Origin: Octopus sinensis
Taxonomy: Eukaryota
Direction of reading: 5' to 3'
Length of the DNA stretch: 64,000 nucleotides
Assembly: GCF_006345805.1 (NCBI RefSeq)
Contig: NC_043013.1
Coordinates: forward strand, 51,460,001-51,524,000
The translations under genes and the position numbers were made by a program. A model generated the notes under the pieces. The model was not told where the DNA came from. It saw nothing but the letters and a program-made list of their open reading frames with translations, and searched no databases. The stretch's first letter is position 1, and each line of letters begins with the position of its first letter. Shown here piece by piece: positions 13,385 through 26,270 of the stretch.

Positions 13385-15070
13385 ACTAACATAAAAAGGC
13401 GGCACAATCTCGATGATAGACTCAGCTGATAGCTGTACACTTCCCATCGAAAACAACAATTCTTGTGTGAAAGCTATCAGTCCCGTTAATTCCAGACATT
13501 GCAGAAATGCGTGCAAGACAGTTTCCCTGTCCGCCCGCACCTCGGACATGGCGAGATGGCACTTCCGTGCCTCGACAGTTTATCACGAACAGGTAATGCC
13601 GCACAGAAACACTGCCAAGCCAGGGATTTCTGGTAATTATCCAGGTAACCCGACCCGAACGTTCTCCTCAACAGGTCGATCAACTGATTTTCATCATAGC
13701 CCAGGGTCTCCTCCAAGGCGTCTTCCGACATAATTTCCAATAACCCGCTATAAAAATCCGCGCTGGAGCTCCTATTACTGGCATTACCCGCCCGAGAGAG
13801 TAGCTGAAGTGCCTGACGACACTCCAATTGCCAGTCTCCGAGTCTAGGATTCTGCTTGATCCAGTTACCAGTGTCCATTAAGGTCGTTAACTCTGGAAGG
13901 TAGAAACGGACGTGCGGTGACTATACCTGCCTTCCATCCAGGTAAAGCCAGAGGTGCCTCAACCCTAATGCCAGTTTTCGCATCCTCAGCCAAAGTACCC
14001 CAACCCACCCTTTAGCGGTTTCTGGCAGCAGACAGAGCGCTTCACAAGTGGCTTTCCTCCTTTCCACAAAATGCGGAAAAGTACGGCCCCTCGCTATATA
14101 CTTTATGACTTCCGATATGGGAGCCAGACCTTCCTCAATTTTGCACTGCTCAAAGTGCTTAAATTCCTTTGTTGAAGGACAGTATTTTTTTTAAAACAAC
14201 TGTCCTTCTTTTCAATTTTTCAACACTAGGTGAGGGTGATATTTTTATATCCCCCTCTTATTTCCTTTTTCTCAAAAATCTCAGAGAGCTTTTCCTTTGG
14301 TAATTCGACGTTTTTAGTAGTCAGCTCGGTAACTGCTGAAAATTTTCTTAGCTGACTTTTCCAGTGAAATTTTCTCTGAAATTATTTCGACCGACATATT
14401 CGTTCGAAATAAATTTATAGACAATTTAATTCCAGAAAACGGGAAACCTATAATATTTTACTTTTATTTTCCTCTCAACGAGGACAACAGTTCAAATCCC
14501 ACCCCCGCTGGGGGGCGAGACGTAACAACAAAGCCTACAACGTTCGAAATTACATTTTTCACACAATAATAAAAATGCAGTATCCCAAACAACCGGAAAC
14601 CTATAAAATTTTTTGTTTTCGTCACAACGAGGACAACAGTTCAAATCTTACCCCTGCTAAGGGCAGGATGCCAAAATAGAGATAAAATTAAATTTTTCAC
14701 ACAATAAAAAATTGATTATCACAAAAAATGGGGAACCTGTAATATTTTGTTCTTCTTAATGAGTATAACAGTTCAAATCCCACCCCCGCTGGTGGGGGGT
14801 GGGCATGACAATAACGCCTACAACGGCTTTAACATGTTCAATATTTCAACAATTCACAACTGCAAAAATGGCTTCACACAAGCAATTACTTTCTCCCGTC
14901 ACCGGGAAAAAGCACAAAAATTTTCAAAGTTTAAAAGTTCAACAATGTTCAACAGTTCGAAAATGCTCAACAATAAACAGTCAACAATTACAACAGAAAA
15001 ATTATCCAACATTCAACGAAACGTTTGACTCACCGCCAAAAAAACACGTCTAACCACGAGACAGGTAAGT
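13385..15070 (-). mobile_element. Tx1/L1-clade LINE, internally deleted pseudogene (5' region with tandem monomers, possible ORF1 start, ORF2 C-terminus)
   Basis: Minus-strand translation LFRILWKGGKPLVKRSVCCQKPLKGGLG (RT thumb region) and YQKSLAWQCFCAALPVRDKLSRHGSAISPCPRCG...H (zf-RVT), with stops and frameshifts. ORF2 call is strong; attribution of 14130-15070 to the same element is inferred. Confidence 0.8.
14440..14830. repeat. three degenerate ~130-150-bp tandem monomers
   Basis: The motif aacgaggacaacagttcaaatcccacccccgctgg recurs at ~14477, ~14626 and ~14758. Confidence 0.8.
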
Positions 15071-15669
15071 AAGCTACTTAACACACAAATTATGAACAAA
15101 TCACAATTATTACTAAGTGGCTTTCAAAACCCTTACATGTTTAGAAATAGCAGTCAAAACCGCATATTATTTCTCTTCACGATAAAAGCTGTATGCGAGC
15201 GACATGACAAATAGAATCCACAACTAAGCATTTTGTGACATGTTTGGCCATTGATATATTCATAAATAATTAGTAATTAGTTATAATAAATCCTCCGCAA
15301 TGTATTATTACAATACTTTTTAATTATAAGTATGTGTGTGTGTATCTTTCCTCCAGTTGTGACATCGTTGATGTTTCGCTAGGTCAAGGACCGAATTGTC
15401 AATGTGTATTCGCAAGTACATAAGACCCTAAAACAATTAGCTTCAGCGAGGTGCATGCCACAAAGTTGTATGTATTTGCGACTGGCGATTAAACTAATTT
15501 GTAATGTATAACAAAAAAATGCAATGAACTTTATTACACAGTGATGCCTTCATTAACAGGCAATCAAATTAAACAAGACATAAATTTAATTAAGCAAAAG
15601 AACTATTGTATACGCATATGTATATATTGTGCTAATTTAATAACGTAATACATCGTTTTCTACTCTAGG

Positions 15670-16007
15670 CAGTCAATTACGCAACTGGTACTTAATTTAT
15701 CGACATCGAAAGTATGAAAGGCAAAAGTCGACGTCGATGGAATTTGAACTCAGAACATAAAGACAGACGAAATACCTATTTCTTTACTACCCAGAAGGGG
15801 CTAAACACAGAGAGGACAAACAAGGACAGACAAACGGATTAAGTCGATTACATCGACTCCAGTGCGTAACTGGTACTTAATTTATCGACCCAGAAACGAT
15901 GAAAGGCAAAGTCGACCTCGGCGGAATTTGAACTCAGAACGTAACGACAGACGAGATATCGCTAAGTATTTCGCCCGGCGTACTAATGTTTCTGCCAGGT
16001 CGCCGCC
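15670..16007 (-). mobile_element. family A SINE dimer
   Basis: The aactggtacttaatttatcgac...gaatttgaactcagaac unit occurs twice. Confidence 0.85.
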
Positions 16008-16099
16008 TACTAATGTAATATATCAGGTGATCACTGTATCGACCAGATTATCAGATTCTGATATTCATCACTGGTCACAATGAGCTTTGCATGGTTTTA

Positions 16100-16325
16100 A
16101 TTTTCGACTGATGCTAGCCCCGCTGGCTAGGCGAGAAGGCCAACATTCCCTCTGATCGGGAGGCTAGACCATCGCAGGGTTAGCCATTTTGCAGCTGAAT
16201 ACACTGGAGCAATGTGGCACGAAGTGTTTTCTTAAGAACACAACGGGCCGCTCGTTCTGGTAATCGAACCCACGATCGCCACATCGTGAGTGCAACACTT
16301 TAACCACTGAGCCACGCGCCCTCAA
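16100..16325 (-). mobile_element. tRNA-derived SINE (family E; gagggcgcgtggctcagtggtt head)
   Basis: Reverse complement has A/B boxes, then gttgtgttcttaagaaaacac and tgctccagtgtattcagctg, shared with 51897 and 29496. Confidence 0.75.
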
Positions 16326-16543
16326 AATGTTAATATATTTCACAAGAAAATATTCAACATATAAGATAGAGTTAATGCTTTATAAATTCACTGGGTACTG
16401 AATCTTCGTCTCACTTCTAGTCTGAGTTTCAAGATTTGTACGTTTATAAGGAATTCAAACTGTACAGATTTTTTCACAATTTAAAACTTAATTAAAGCCT
16501 GTTTAAATTATCACGAATTCAGTTATCTCCCTTGCCTTGTTAC

Positions 16544-16778
16544 CATGGCCATTCCTCCTCGTGTGTCTCGATTAAATTGACCAGAGTTTCTTTCTTGTAC
16601 AAGAAACACGACGCAGTATGAGTCTCGACGTTCGCTTCAATGACAGCGTCGTAGCATCCTCGTTGACTCGAGTGACAGACATAATTCACCATTTTTTTTA
16701 GGAACAGCGCTGAGACAGATTGCTTGAAGGACGTCATAGAAAACACCATTGTTTGCACGAAGGTAAGTGCAAATGCAC
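16544..16778 (-). CDS. candidate internal coding exon of an unidentified gene
   Basis: Unique, relatively GC-rich sequence. Acceptor ctcttttttcacgagtaaaccag and donor TG/gtaaca bound a 235-nt stop-free frame (G)AFALTFVQTMVFSMTSFKQSVSALFLKKMVNYVCHSSQRGCYDAVIEANVETHTASCFLYKKETLVNLIETHEEEWP(W). No family recognised. Confidence 0.3.
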
Positions 16779-16924
16779 CTGGTTTACTCGTGAAAAAAGA
16801 GTTGGTTGCTCGGCTGCAACTAGTTTAAAATATACCAATTGTGTTATTTTCTTTGCAACATTTGAATCAGGATTTTAACTCATACCTCTCATTTACTGTC
16901 TTTCCGTTTTCTCTCTCACTCACT

Positions 16925-16926
16925 CA

Positions 16927-16964
<38 letters not shown>

Positions 16965-16997
16965 GTCTGTCTGTCTGTCTGTCTATCTGTCTATCTG

Positions 16998-17044
<47 letters not shown>

Positions 17045-17085
17045 GTCTGTCTGTCTGTGTGTCTGCCTGTATGTGTGTCTGTCTG

Positions 17086-17132
<47 letters not shown>

Positions 17133-17139
17133 GTCTGTA

Positions 17140-17178
<39 letters not shown>

Positions 17179-17180
17179 TT
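16925..17180. repeat. (ATCT)n/(CTGT)n compound microsatellite
   Basis: Read directly from the sequence. Confidence 0.95.
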
Positions 17181-18119
17181 GTGTGTCTGTCTCACAATTT
17201 TCTGCGTTTTGTAGCGTATAATAGAGGCTTTCCAGTTTCATTAATATACAGGAAGAGTTAAGTTCTTTTACAGATTCATTTTTTTTCTCGTTGTTTCTCT
17301 CTTACATTCCAAATATATTGGGGGAGAGATGCATTTTTCCATGAATTAGTGAAGTGTCTGCTAGTTACATATCTATCCTTTGCAATATTGATGTGCTTAA
17401 TCCCAGATCAGCTCTGATCTCGCAGACTTTTCACCTGAATCTATTCCAGCCATGATCATTCAGTCATTCACTTTTCATTGTAAGTGTAACTCGGATTAAT
17501 TTTTAACATGTACAAATCATTTTGAGCGATATTTGGCTTCTGTTTCCAATGGCTATATCGAGGCTTACATGTTTTATCGCTCTAGGGAATGAAACTATTT
17601 TCTGAACCATCTCAGAACAGATTTTCCATTTGAATCGTTATTATTTTCGTGTTTGAATCTTTCAGAGTAAATTTTTGTGTTCGTCACTAATGTTTGCTTA
17701 TTAAATTGTCACAATTTATTTTCTGTTCCACGTTTACTTTTTTGGGTTTTTTTTTTCATGCGGGACTGAATTATGGATGACCTACTCTGCCTAAAAGGTT
17801 CAGGCGCTTCTTTGGCAGGCAGTTCATATGCAGAACTTGTTAACTCTTGTTCAAGCAAAGAATACATGAATGCAAACGCATTTTCTGTTTCTCAATTCAA
17901 CCTTCACTTGTCAAAATGCGCGCAAATACGTACGCGTGGTTGCATGGATACTTGTGTTTCTGTAAGCATGAATATTATTATCACTTTTGTTGTTGAAGTT
18001 CTTGTTGTTGTTGCTCATGCTAATTTTAGCATTTCCAACAATGTTATTTTCTGTCAGAAACCAGTTATTGTTGTTGTTGTCGGTGGTGGTGGTATTATTA
18101 TTATTATTATTATTATTAT

Positions 18120-18590
18120 TACTCTGTTTGACTTTTGCTTTATGTCTGTACACGTTGGCCCCAAGTCTCACCCAGAGACCTCAAGAGACAACAGGTTGGA
18201 AGTCCACGTTGTTGTTATGCCTAGTGTGCCATATAGTTGGTTGTTTTTTTGTGTTGTACTAGTGGATGTCTAAAACAAAAAAAATGTTTGTTTTAAAACT
18301 TGAGATTACATAGAAAGTATTTTGCGTAGGATATGAGCAGTTCCCATGAGCACTATCTTTTGAATTTCTGCCATTTTGGGGTTTCCTGGTATCTGAGATA
18401 CGTAGCAATCAGCCTCTTTTGCTATCATTCCCAGGGCACCTATGACAACAGGTATTGTTTTAGTCTTCAGGTTCCACATTTTGCTGATTTCTATTTTAAA
18501 GATCTTTATATTTGCTCAGTTTTTGGTAGGTCTTGACAGATACGTTTATATCAATTGGGACAGTCAGTTGGGACAGTTTTATTATTATTA
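18120..18590 (-). mobile_element. R4/Dong-like (restriction-like endonuclease) non-LTR retrotransposon 3' end with (AAT)n tail
   Basis: Minus translation ...EISKMWNLKTKTIPVVIGALGMIAKEADCYVSQIPGNPKMAEIQKIVLMGTAHILRKILSM*, then a 3'UTR and (aat)n. Confidence 0.85.
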
Positions 18591-18593
18591 TTA

Positions 18594-18628
<35 letters not shown>

Positions 18629-18633
18629 TATTA

Positions 18634-18671
<38 letters not shown>

Positions 18672-18699
18672 CATTATTATTATTATTATTGCTGTTCTT

Positions 18700-19010
18700 G
18701 TTGTTTCTTCGTAACACAATGTAGGTAAAAATGCACCGGAGTCTTTAGTCATCTGTCTCGTCCCAACAAGGACCTCAGACAGATAATACTCTCCTTAAGA
18801 TGTGCGCTGTGCCCAGTAAGGCTGCCTTTCGCAAGACATCAATCTTGTATGGGATTTCCAGTTGCCTTAAGAAGTTTTGAAGTTTCGAGGGGATTGAGAC
18901 CAACGCTCCAATCACCACTGGTATCACTTTTACCCTCTCGCATTCCATACAGCCTTGACAATTCCACATTCAATTCGGAGTACTTGGTGATTTTTTCAAC
19001 CTCTTTATTA
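18700..19010 (-). mobile_element. R4/Dong-like 3' end (second subfamily)
   Basis: KEVEKITKYSELNVELSRLYGM / VKVIPVVIGALVSIPSKLQNFLRQLEIPYKIDVLRKAALLGTAHILRRVLSV*, flanked by (AAT)n. Confidence 0.87.
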
Positions 19011-19011
19011 C

Positions 19012-19086
<75 letters not shown>

Positions 19087-19108
19087 CATCATCATCATCA
19101 TTATTATT

Positions 19109-19594
19109 GAGTGAGAGAGTAGTGCATGCCATCAAAGTGACTCTAAGGTACAAATATACGAAAGCCCAATGTACTTATCATGACTACCCGTCTGATAAGG
19201 GTACACCAGACACATGCATCACAATCATATGTGCGCGACATGGTGATCTCATATCAAGATAAACAGCACATGACCTTGCAGGTGGGGCCCAGTTAGAATT
19301 TTTTTCAGGTCGAGTAGCCCATCCAGCTCAAAAGGTCCCTGAATAAGGATTGTTTAAAGATGTTAAACGAACCACCCATGTTTCCAAAGGTGAATTATCC
19401 AAACATCCAAGAATTCCTTTCAACACACGGCTATGATGCTCCCCCACCAGTTAAGAACTTGATCAGAGATGCACATATCGTCAGACACCAAGGGACATGC
19501 TCAACTGGTTATGGTCAAACAACTGACAGGCAAATCTGTGTTTTTAAGCAGAATATTTGCTGTAGCCCATCTTTATATCAAGACAAAACAATGC
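19109..19594 (-). mobile_element. family C (AAT)n-tailed retroposon
   Basis: Reverse complement matches 420-830, including the ...ctctctcactc(aat)n tail. Confidence 0.85.
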
Positions 19595-19745
19595 GATCTC
19601 AACTCTCAGGTTTCCATATTTATCAATATTTTCTCTTTCTTTCATATGTTGATCTCCTGGCACTGCCACGTCGATTATTAGGCATTCTTGTTTGTCCCTC
19701 CTAAAGGTTACTGTATCCGGCCTTCGGTGCTCTAACGCCTTGTCT
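19594..19745 (-). mobile_element. R4/Dong-like RLE domain fragment fused directly to the family C element
   Basis: IDKALEHRRPDTVTFRRDKQECLIIDVAVPGDQHMKERENIDKYGNLRVEIA contains the RPD...D restriction-like endonuclease motif. Confidence 0.85.
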
Positions 19746-19788
<43 letters not shown>

Positions 19789-19791
19789 CCA

Positions 19792-19828
<37 letters not shown>

Positions 19829-20262
19829 CATCATTATTATTCAGTTGTCTTATTTTTATCACGTGCTTTCACTGTACTACTGAGTGCAGCTCTATGTGCG
19901 TTGGGTGTGTGCCGTGTTTTGTTGTGATGCATACGCCGGGTGTGCCCTTATCACACGGGTAGTCATGATGGGTATACTGGGCTTCGTATATATTACGCCA
20001 GTGTCACTTTGATGCCATGCACTGCTCTCTCCCTCAATAATGACACTACTTTTTTCTATTGCAGGTACAAAGCCTACAATTTGTTGGGAGAGAGTATGTC
20101 GATTACATCGACCCCAGTGCATAACTGGTACTTATTTTATCAACCCCGAAAGAATGACAGGTAAAGTCGACCTCAGCAGAATTTGAACTCAGAAAGTAAA
20201 GTCGGATGGAATACTATTAAGCAGTTTGTCCAGCATGCAAATGATTCTCACGGCTGGATACC

Positions 20263-20302
<40 letters not shown>

Positions 20303-20439
20303 TAATAATAATAATTTTATTATCCAGCATTGTTTGCTTACTTCTTCAATTAAAACGCACTGAATCATAAAATCCCACAGGATCTGTGCATTTATATTTT
20401 CGATGATGCCTTCGGGTTTGTGGTCGTACCAATTTTTTG

Positions 20440-20790
20440 CTGTGTCGCGATAAGGAAGAAAGGAAAGTCGAGAGATATGACAGGTTAGCTTGGGAAGTTA
20501 AGCAGTTGTGGTCGATGAAAAAAGTAGTAGTACCAATAACTGCCGGAGCCCTGAGAACAGTGAACAAAAATCTGGAGAAGTACACGGAACAAATAGGGGC
20601 TGCAATAAGGGTGGAGCACTTGTAGAAAACAGCACTGCCCGAAACCGCTCGAATACTCCGGAAGGTGCACGAAAAATAGGTGGCGTTACCTCAGTTCACT
20701 GGTAGGGAACAGCTGACACTGTAGTACATCTCCAGCATTAGAAGCTGTGCAAAGGCAATAATAATAATAATAATAATAATAATATAATAA
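20440..20790 (+). mobile_element. R4/Dong-like 3' end (third subfamily) with (AAT)n tail
   Basis: RDKEERKVERYDRLAWEVKQLWSMKKVVVPITAGALRTVNKNLEKYTEQIGAAIRVEHL*KTALPETARILRKV, then ...ctgtgcaaaggc(aat)n. Confidence 0.85.
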
Positions 20791-22189
20791 TAATAATAAA
20801 AATAATAATGATGATGATGATAAAACTAATAATAACAGCAACAACAGCTACAACAGAAACAGCAACAATAAGAACAATAACTATAATAATATCAATAAGA
20901 AGCAGAAGAAGATGGAGAAGAAGGAGGAGAATTTTGACAACGACAACGCCAAGCAAGACGCCATATTTGTTTTGAGTGTGACACAATTTTCTCCGCTGCC
21001 ATATTTGTTGTTAACATTCCCTAAAGATGATTGATGACCAATTTCTTACCTCACTGGCCATGAATCTGTAACCACCATTCTACAGAATCTGCAAAATATC
21101 CTGTCACTGTTCTGAAAATATAGTGAATTACATTATTGAAACTCACTTCGCCGTATCCGTTTTCTTTACACTCTTGTTTGTTTAGGAATATTTTCGCTTT
21201 CTTTACTTTCCCTCCTTCAACGTTTTATAATCATGTTTCTTAAAGGAATAATATACCATATTATTTTTCTGAAACTCGAAGGAAATGGAATATAAATAGG
21301 TGATAGTCTGTGAAGATAATCTTTTTGAGAAGAAAAGAAAAAAAGCAGTTCTATTCCTGCAAAAAAAAACAGCAAAATTATTTTGTATGTTTCTCTTATT
21401 TCTTTCTATTTTACAAATCTTTCGACCGTTTTTTTTTCTGTATTTATATAATTAATTATCCAATTATTTATTATTAATGGCTTTGAATGTTCAGTTCCTT
21501 AGAGATGCAACGAATATCGTCTGTTTAGTGAGATTTCATATTTTACACTCTTTGACTCCATTACTTTTTTTTTACATTCGTTCTGCCTCGCCTCTAATTG
21601 TGTTTGGTCTAATTGGCGAGTTGTCCATTAGCGTCTGACAATTTTTGACTTGGCCTATGACTCATAATGATTTCGCAATGTATGCTTGTGTATTTAGGTA
21701 GGTGCTTTAAATGTATTCGATTTGGTGTCGCTACTGCATCTTTACTATTAAACTCTTTAAGAACTTACATTCAAAATCAGATATATTCATAGGAACGACT
21801 TTTGAGTAATTGAAAAACAACTTGACTGTATCTGGTTTTGATTGGAAGACTAAGATTCTCTTAGTGCCTATATGACACCTATCCCAGTTTGACGGAATAA
21901 AATTTCACGTGCGTGAAGCCAGCAGCTTGCAGACTGTGTTTTACTGGTTATCATGAAGTTGACCAAATATGCACTTATGCCGGTTTTGAACATAAGCTCC
22001 TCAATTATAATCCCCATGCAGTTAAAGGCCAACTTTATGCTGTTGTGCAAATCGCTTCATCAGAATTTCAAATGAAAATTTTGTGAAATATTCTCTTAAA
22101 GTTTCTGTTGAAATCATTGAAATAATTTTTCATTACTAAATATAGAATTACTAAATATGGAATTTATTGTATCGTCTCCTTTTGCCAAA

Positions 22190-22318
22190 CCGCTAAGTTA
22201 CGGGGATCCACACACAACAATACCAGTTGTCAAGCGATGGTGAGGGGACAAACAGAGGAAGGAAGACACACACAGGCATAGACATATAGATATATACGTA
22301 CATGCATACATACACACA

Positions 22319-22378
<60 letters not shown>

Positions 22379-22752
22379 AGAATTAGAAAAAAACACCTTT
22401 TATCAATTCAAAATGAACAATTAAATTACACCATCTAGAAAATTACACATAATAGAAATATTAAAAATAAAATAACAATAATATACCAATGATTAAGTAA
22501 ATTGCAAAATAATAATAATAAAATGTATATATTTTGTAGAATAAATATATATATATATATATATTATATTATATATATATATATATATATCCATGGGCCA
22601 TCTTTTTTCAGTTTCCATCTAATAAATCCATTCAGAAAGCTTTGGCTGGTCTGAGGCTATAGTAGAAAACACTCGCCCAACGTATCATGCTGTGGAACTG
22701 AACCTGAAACTATGAGGTTGGGATTCAAGCTTCTTACCACACAGCCGCACCT
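22190..22752 (-). mobile_element. family B SINE interrupted by a PLE-like fragment (22380-22545)
   Basis: The SINE halves flank an internal (CA)n(TA)n tract. The insert matches 53415-53560. Confidence 0.75.
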
Positions 22753-23890
22753 GAAGCTTCTTTGAAAACTCCTTCGCAGTGAATGAGAGATATATGACAA
22801 AGTTTTCTTTCCTTTATTTGCAACCTGTCTTCAAATGTTAATCTACTTGCCAAACGTGACAACGCGTATTGAAGTCATGTATTTTAACCAATCGACTGCT
22901 ATCACGTACGACATTTAACATTTTTATAGTTAACATCAGGTTCTATTTAGAAACAAACTCATTGCACTTATAAATTATTTCATTGAACGGACTCACATGC
23001 TTTCCATCAATAGATGAAATTCGATAGTGTGTACTTTTAATACTGCAATAACTAAGATATTACTAACGAGATTTAACTTGCTTATCTTTCACAAAGCAGT
23101 TAACAGCAAGTATTCTCAGAGTTTTTAAATTTTTTATTTTGTTCTATGTTACATTGACGGTTTTATCGATATCACCCATCTGTCACCAGGAATATAACAC
23201 CGACAGTGGAGTAAGAGAGGAATAAAACTAAATATACATCACTTGGTTATTTAGTATAATTTCAGTGCAGTCGGGTTTCATTTTAAGTCCATTATCTCAC
23301 TGAGTCACTCGGTGAGCAGTTTATGACTGAATTTATGTATTACCTGGCTCTGGATCAATAAAGACGCTCAGTGTTATATTTATTTAAAGATTTCACATCA
23401 AATATTACACCTGTTGTTTCTGAGAATTATTTTACCCTCTATTCTTTTCTACGATAAATTAAATGCACCGGATTAAATTTCTCTCTCATAATTAAATTTG
23501 GTTTGTCAGATAAATTCGTTCGGCTTTTTTGTTTTTCCTACTTGGCACTTCATTTTCATATGTTTGAAGAGAGGTAAAATTAATTCGAATTTCACAAATG
23601 ATTAACACAAGTCACAGAGAAAGGATAAAGATTGAAAAATCTATAAAACAAGTGAGGTGAGTATATTTTTCGAGTTAATTCAAACAACATGGAGAAAGAT
23701 TAAAATATATAGGCGGGAATCAAAACTAACGTACTTATATACTTTTCTATTCTAGGCACAAGGCCCGAAATTTTGGGGGAAGGGGCCAGTCGATTAGATC
23801 GGCTCCAGAACGCAACTGGCACTTACATATATATACATATATACATCTATGCATATATATACAAATATATATATCTATATATATATATAT

Positions 23891-26270
23891 AAATAAGCAC
23901 CAGGATATCCAGAGGTGATCCAGTACGATCGTTTCCAGCGACTCCATTTAATTATATATATATTATATATATATATATGTACATCTGTGCCGCGTTTATG
24001 CATGTACACTCATAGACCTATGGATGTATGTATACCATGACTGATGTAAGATTTGAACTCCCACCCACTAGGTAAATAGCTGCACTTGTCACTTAGTCAA
24101 CACATAGGACTATCCTATTTTTCTGGACACAAGTCCGATTTAAATATATCAGTGTAAAAAAATGACAAAAAGAACCCAGTACACTTACATGCACATGTTA
24201 AAACAGTTGTTAACGATACAATGCACGACAAATCACTGTCCTGGTAACTTCAGTTGGTGCCTTGGTTTATGTTTTAGCAAAATCAAATCGAAGAAAATCT
24301 GAAATGTTCAAGTTCTCCATTAAATATATATGTCTTATTGATATTGCAGTTTGTTGAAAATCAACCGGTTGAGAAGTGTGTGAAGCATTTATGGGAACAG
24401 GAGCTAGGGCACCAGGTGTTGTTTTATCAGTTCCTTTGAAGTGTGTAATAGGAAACGTTGAAAGAGAGATGAAATCAATGAGCTGATTCTCTGCGAAGAA
24501 TGGGAGTTTGTGATTGAGTCTCAGGGCACAAACAAGGTGCCTTGCGATGGGGTGTAAAATAAGACGATGCGCTCTTCTGTAGGTGGCGAGATTATTTAAC
24601 GCGGAAGAAGCAGGTAAACAGTATCATACCAAAGGTTTTATATTAGCTTCAAACACATTTACACACACACACACACACAAACCCACATACACACACACAT
24701 AAACATTTACACACACACAGACACATACACACACACACAAACACACTTATATGCAAACACTCATTTATATATGTTAGCATATGTGTGTGTGTATGCGTTT
24801 ACACATATATTTATATATTTATATATAAGAAAAATATAAACACAACTTGGAATTAATTTACATCACTCATACTCTTACGCATGGTCACCTTTGTGGCTAT
24901 TGGCATCCTCAGCAGTGGGTATATGCAGTGCATTTGGATGTGGAACCACAACGATACTTCGGGAAACCCTTTATTGCATTATTTAACACAGATCAATACT
25001 AATTCAAACGGAGCAGTTGTACATAAAAACACACCACAGGAACTACGTTATATATATTTATAGTCTATTATAATATATATATACTATATATATATATAAA
25101 TAAGCACCAGGATATCCAGAGGTGATCCAGTACGATCGTTTCCAGCGACTCCATTTAATTATATATTATTATATATATATATATGTACATCTGTGCCGCG
25201 TTTATGCATGTACACTCATAGACCTATGGATGTATGTATACCATGACTGATGTAAGATTTGAACTCCCACCCACTAGGTAAATAGCTGCACTTGTCACTT
25301 AGTCAACACATAGGACTATCCTATTTTTCTGGACACAAGTCCGATTTAAATATATCAGTGTAAAAAAATGACAAAAAGAACCCAGTACACTTACATGCAC
25401 ATGTTAAAACAGTTGTTAACGATACAATGCACGACAAATCACTGTCCTGGTAACTTCAGTTGGTGCCTTGGTTTATGTTTTAGCAAAATCAAATCGAAGA
25501 AAATCTGAAATGTTCAAGTTCTCCATTAAAAATATATATGTCTTAATTGATATTGCAGTTTGTTGAAAATCAACCGGTTGAGAAGTGTGTGAAGCATTTA
25601 TGGGAACAGGAGCTAGGGCACCAGGTGTTGTTTTATCAGTTCCTTTGAAGTGTTTAATAGGAAACGTTGAAAGAGAGATGAAATCAATGAGCTGATTCTC
25701 TTGCGGAGAATGGGAGTTTGTGATTGAGTCTCAGGGCACAAACAAGTGCCTTGCGATGTGTGTAAAATAAGACGATGCGCTCTTCTGTAGGTGGCGAGAT
25801 TATTTAACGCGGAAAGAAGCAGGTAAACAGTATCATACCAAAGGTTTTATACTTAGCTTCAAACACATTTACACACACACACACACACAAACCCACATAC
25901 ACACACACATAAACATTTACACACACACACCGACACATCACACACACACAAACACACTTATATGCAAACATCATTTATATATGTTAGCATATTGTGTGTG
26001 TATGCGTTTACACATATATTTATATATTTATATATAAGAAAAATATAAACACACTTGGAATTAATTCATCACTCATACTCTTACGCATGTCACCTTTGTG
26101 GCCTATGGCATCCTCAGCAGTGGGTATATGCAGTGCATTTGGATGTGGAACCACAACGATACTTCGGGAAACTCTTTATTGCATTTTTTAACACAGATCA
26201 AATACTTAATTCAAACGGAGCAGTTGTACATAAAACACTACACACAGGAACTACGTTATATATATTTATA
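23891..26270. repeat. tandem direct duplication, ~1207-bp period (copies 23891-25075 and 25098-26270)
   Basis: aaataagcaccaggatatccagagg starts at both 23891 and 25098. The copies are colinear throughout and differ mostly by single-base indels. Confidence 0.95.

Noticed and set aside
15062-15071. tacttacctg on the minus strand resembles the U1 snRNA 5' end
   Set aside because: The match stops after 10 nt with no U1 stem-loops; it is simply the complement of a consensus splice donor (CAG/GTAAGT).
16544-16630. Weak resemblance of HTASCFL...NLIET...WP to cysteine dioxygenase
   Set aside because: The upstream CDO motifs (YTRNL, HDH) are absent; likely chance.
24290-24620. ~110-codon stop-free frame on the minus strand inside the duplicated block
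   Set aside because: No recognisable motif, and it is disrupted by indels in copy 2; cannot support a CDS.
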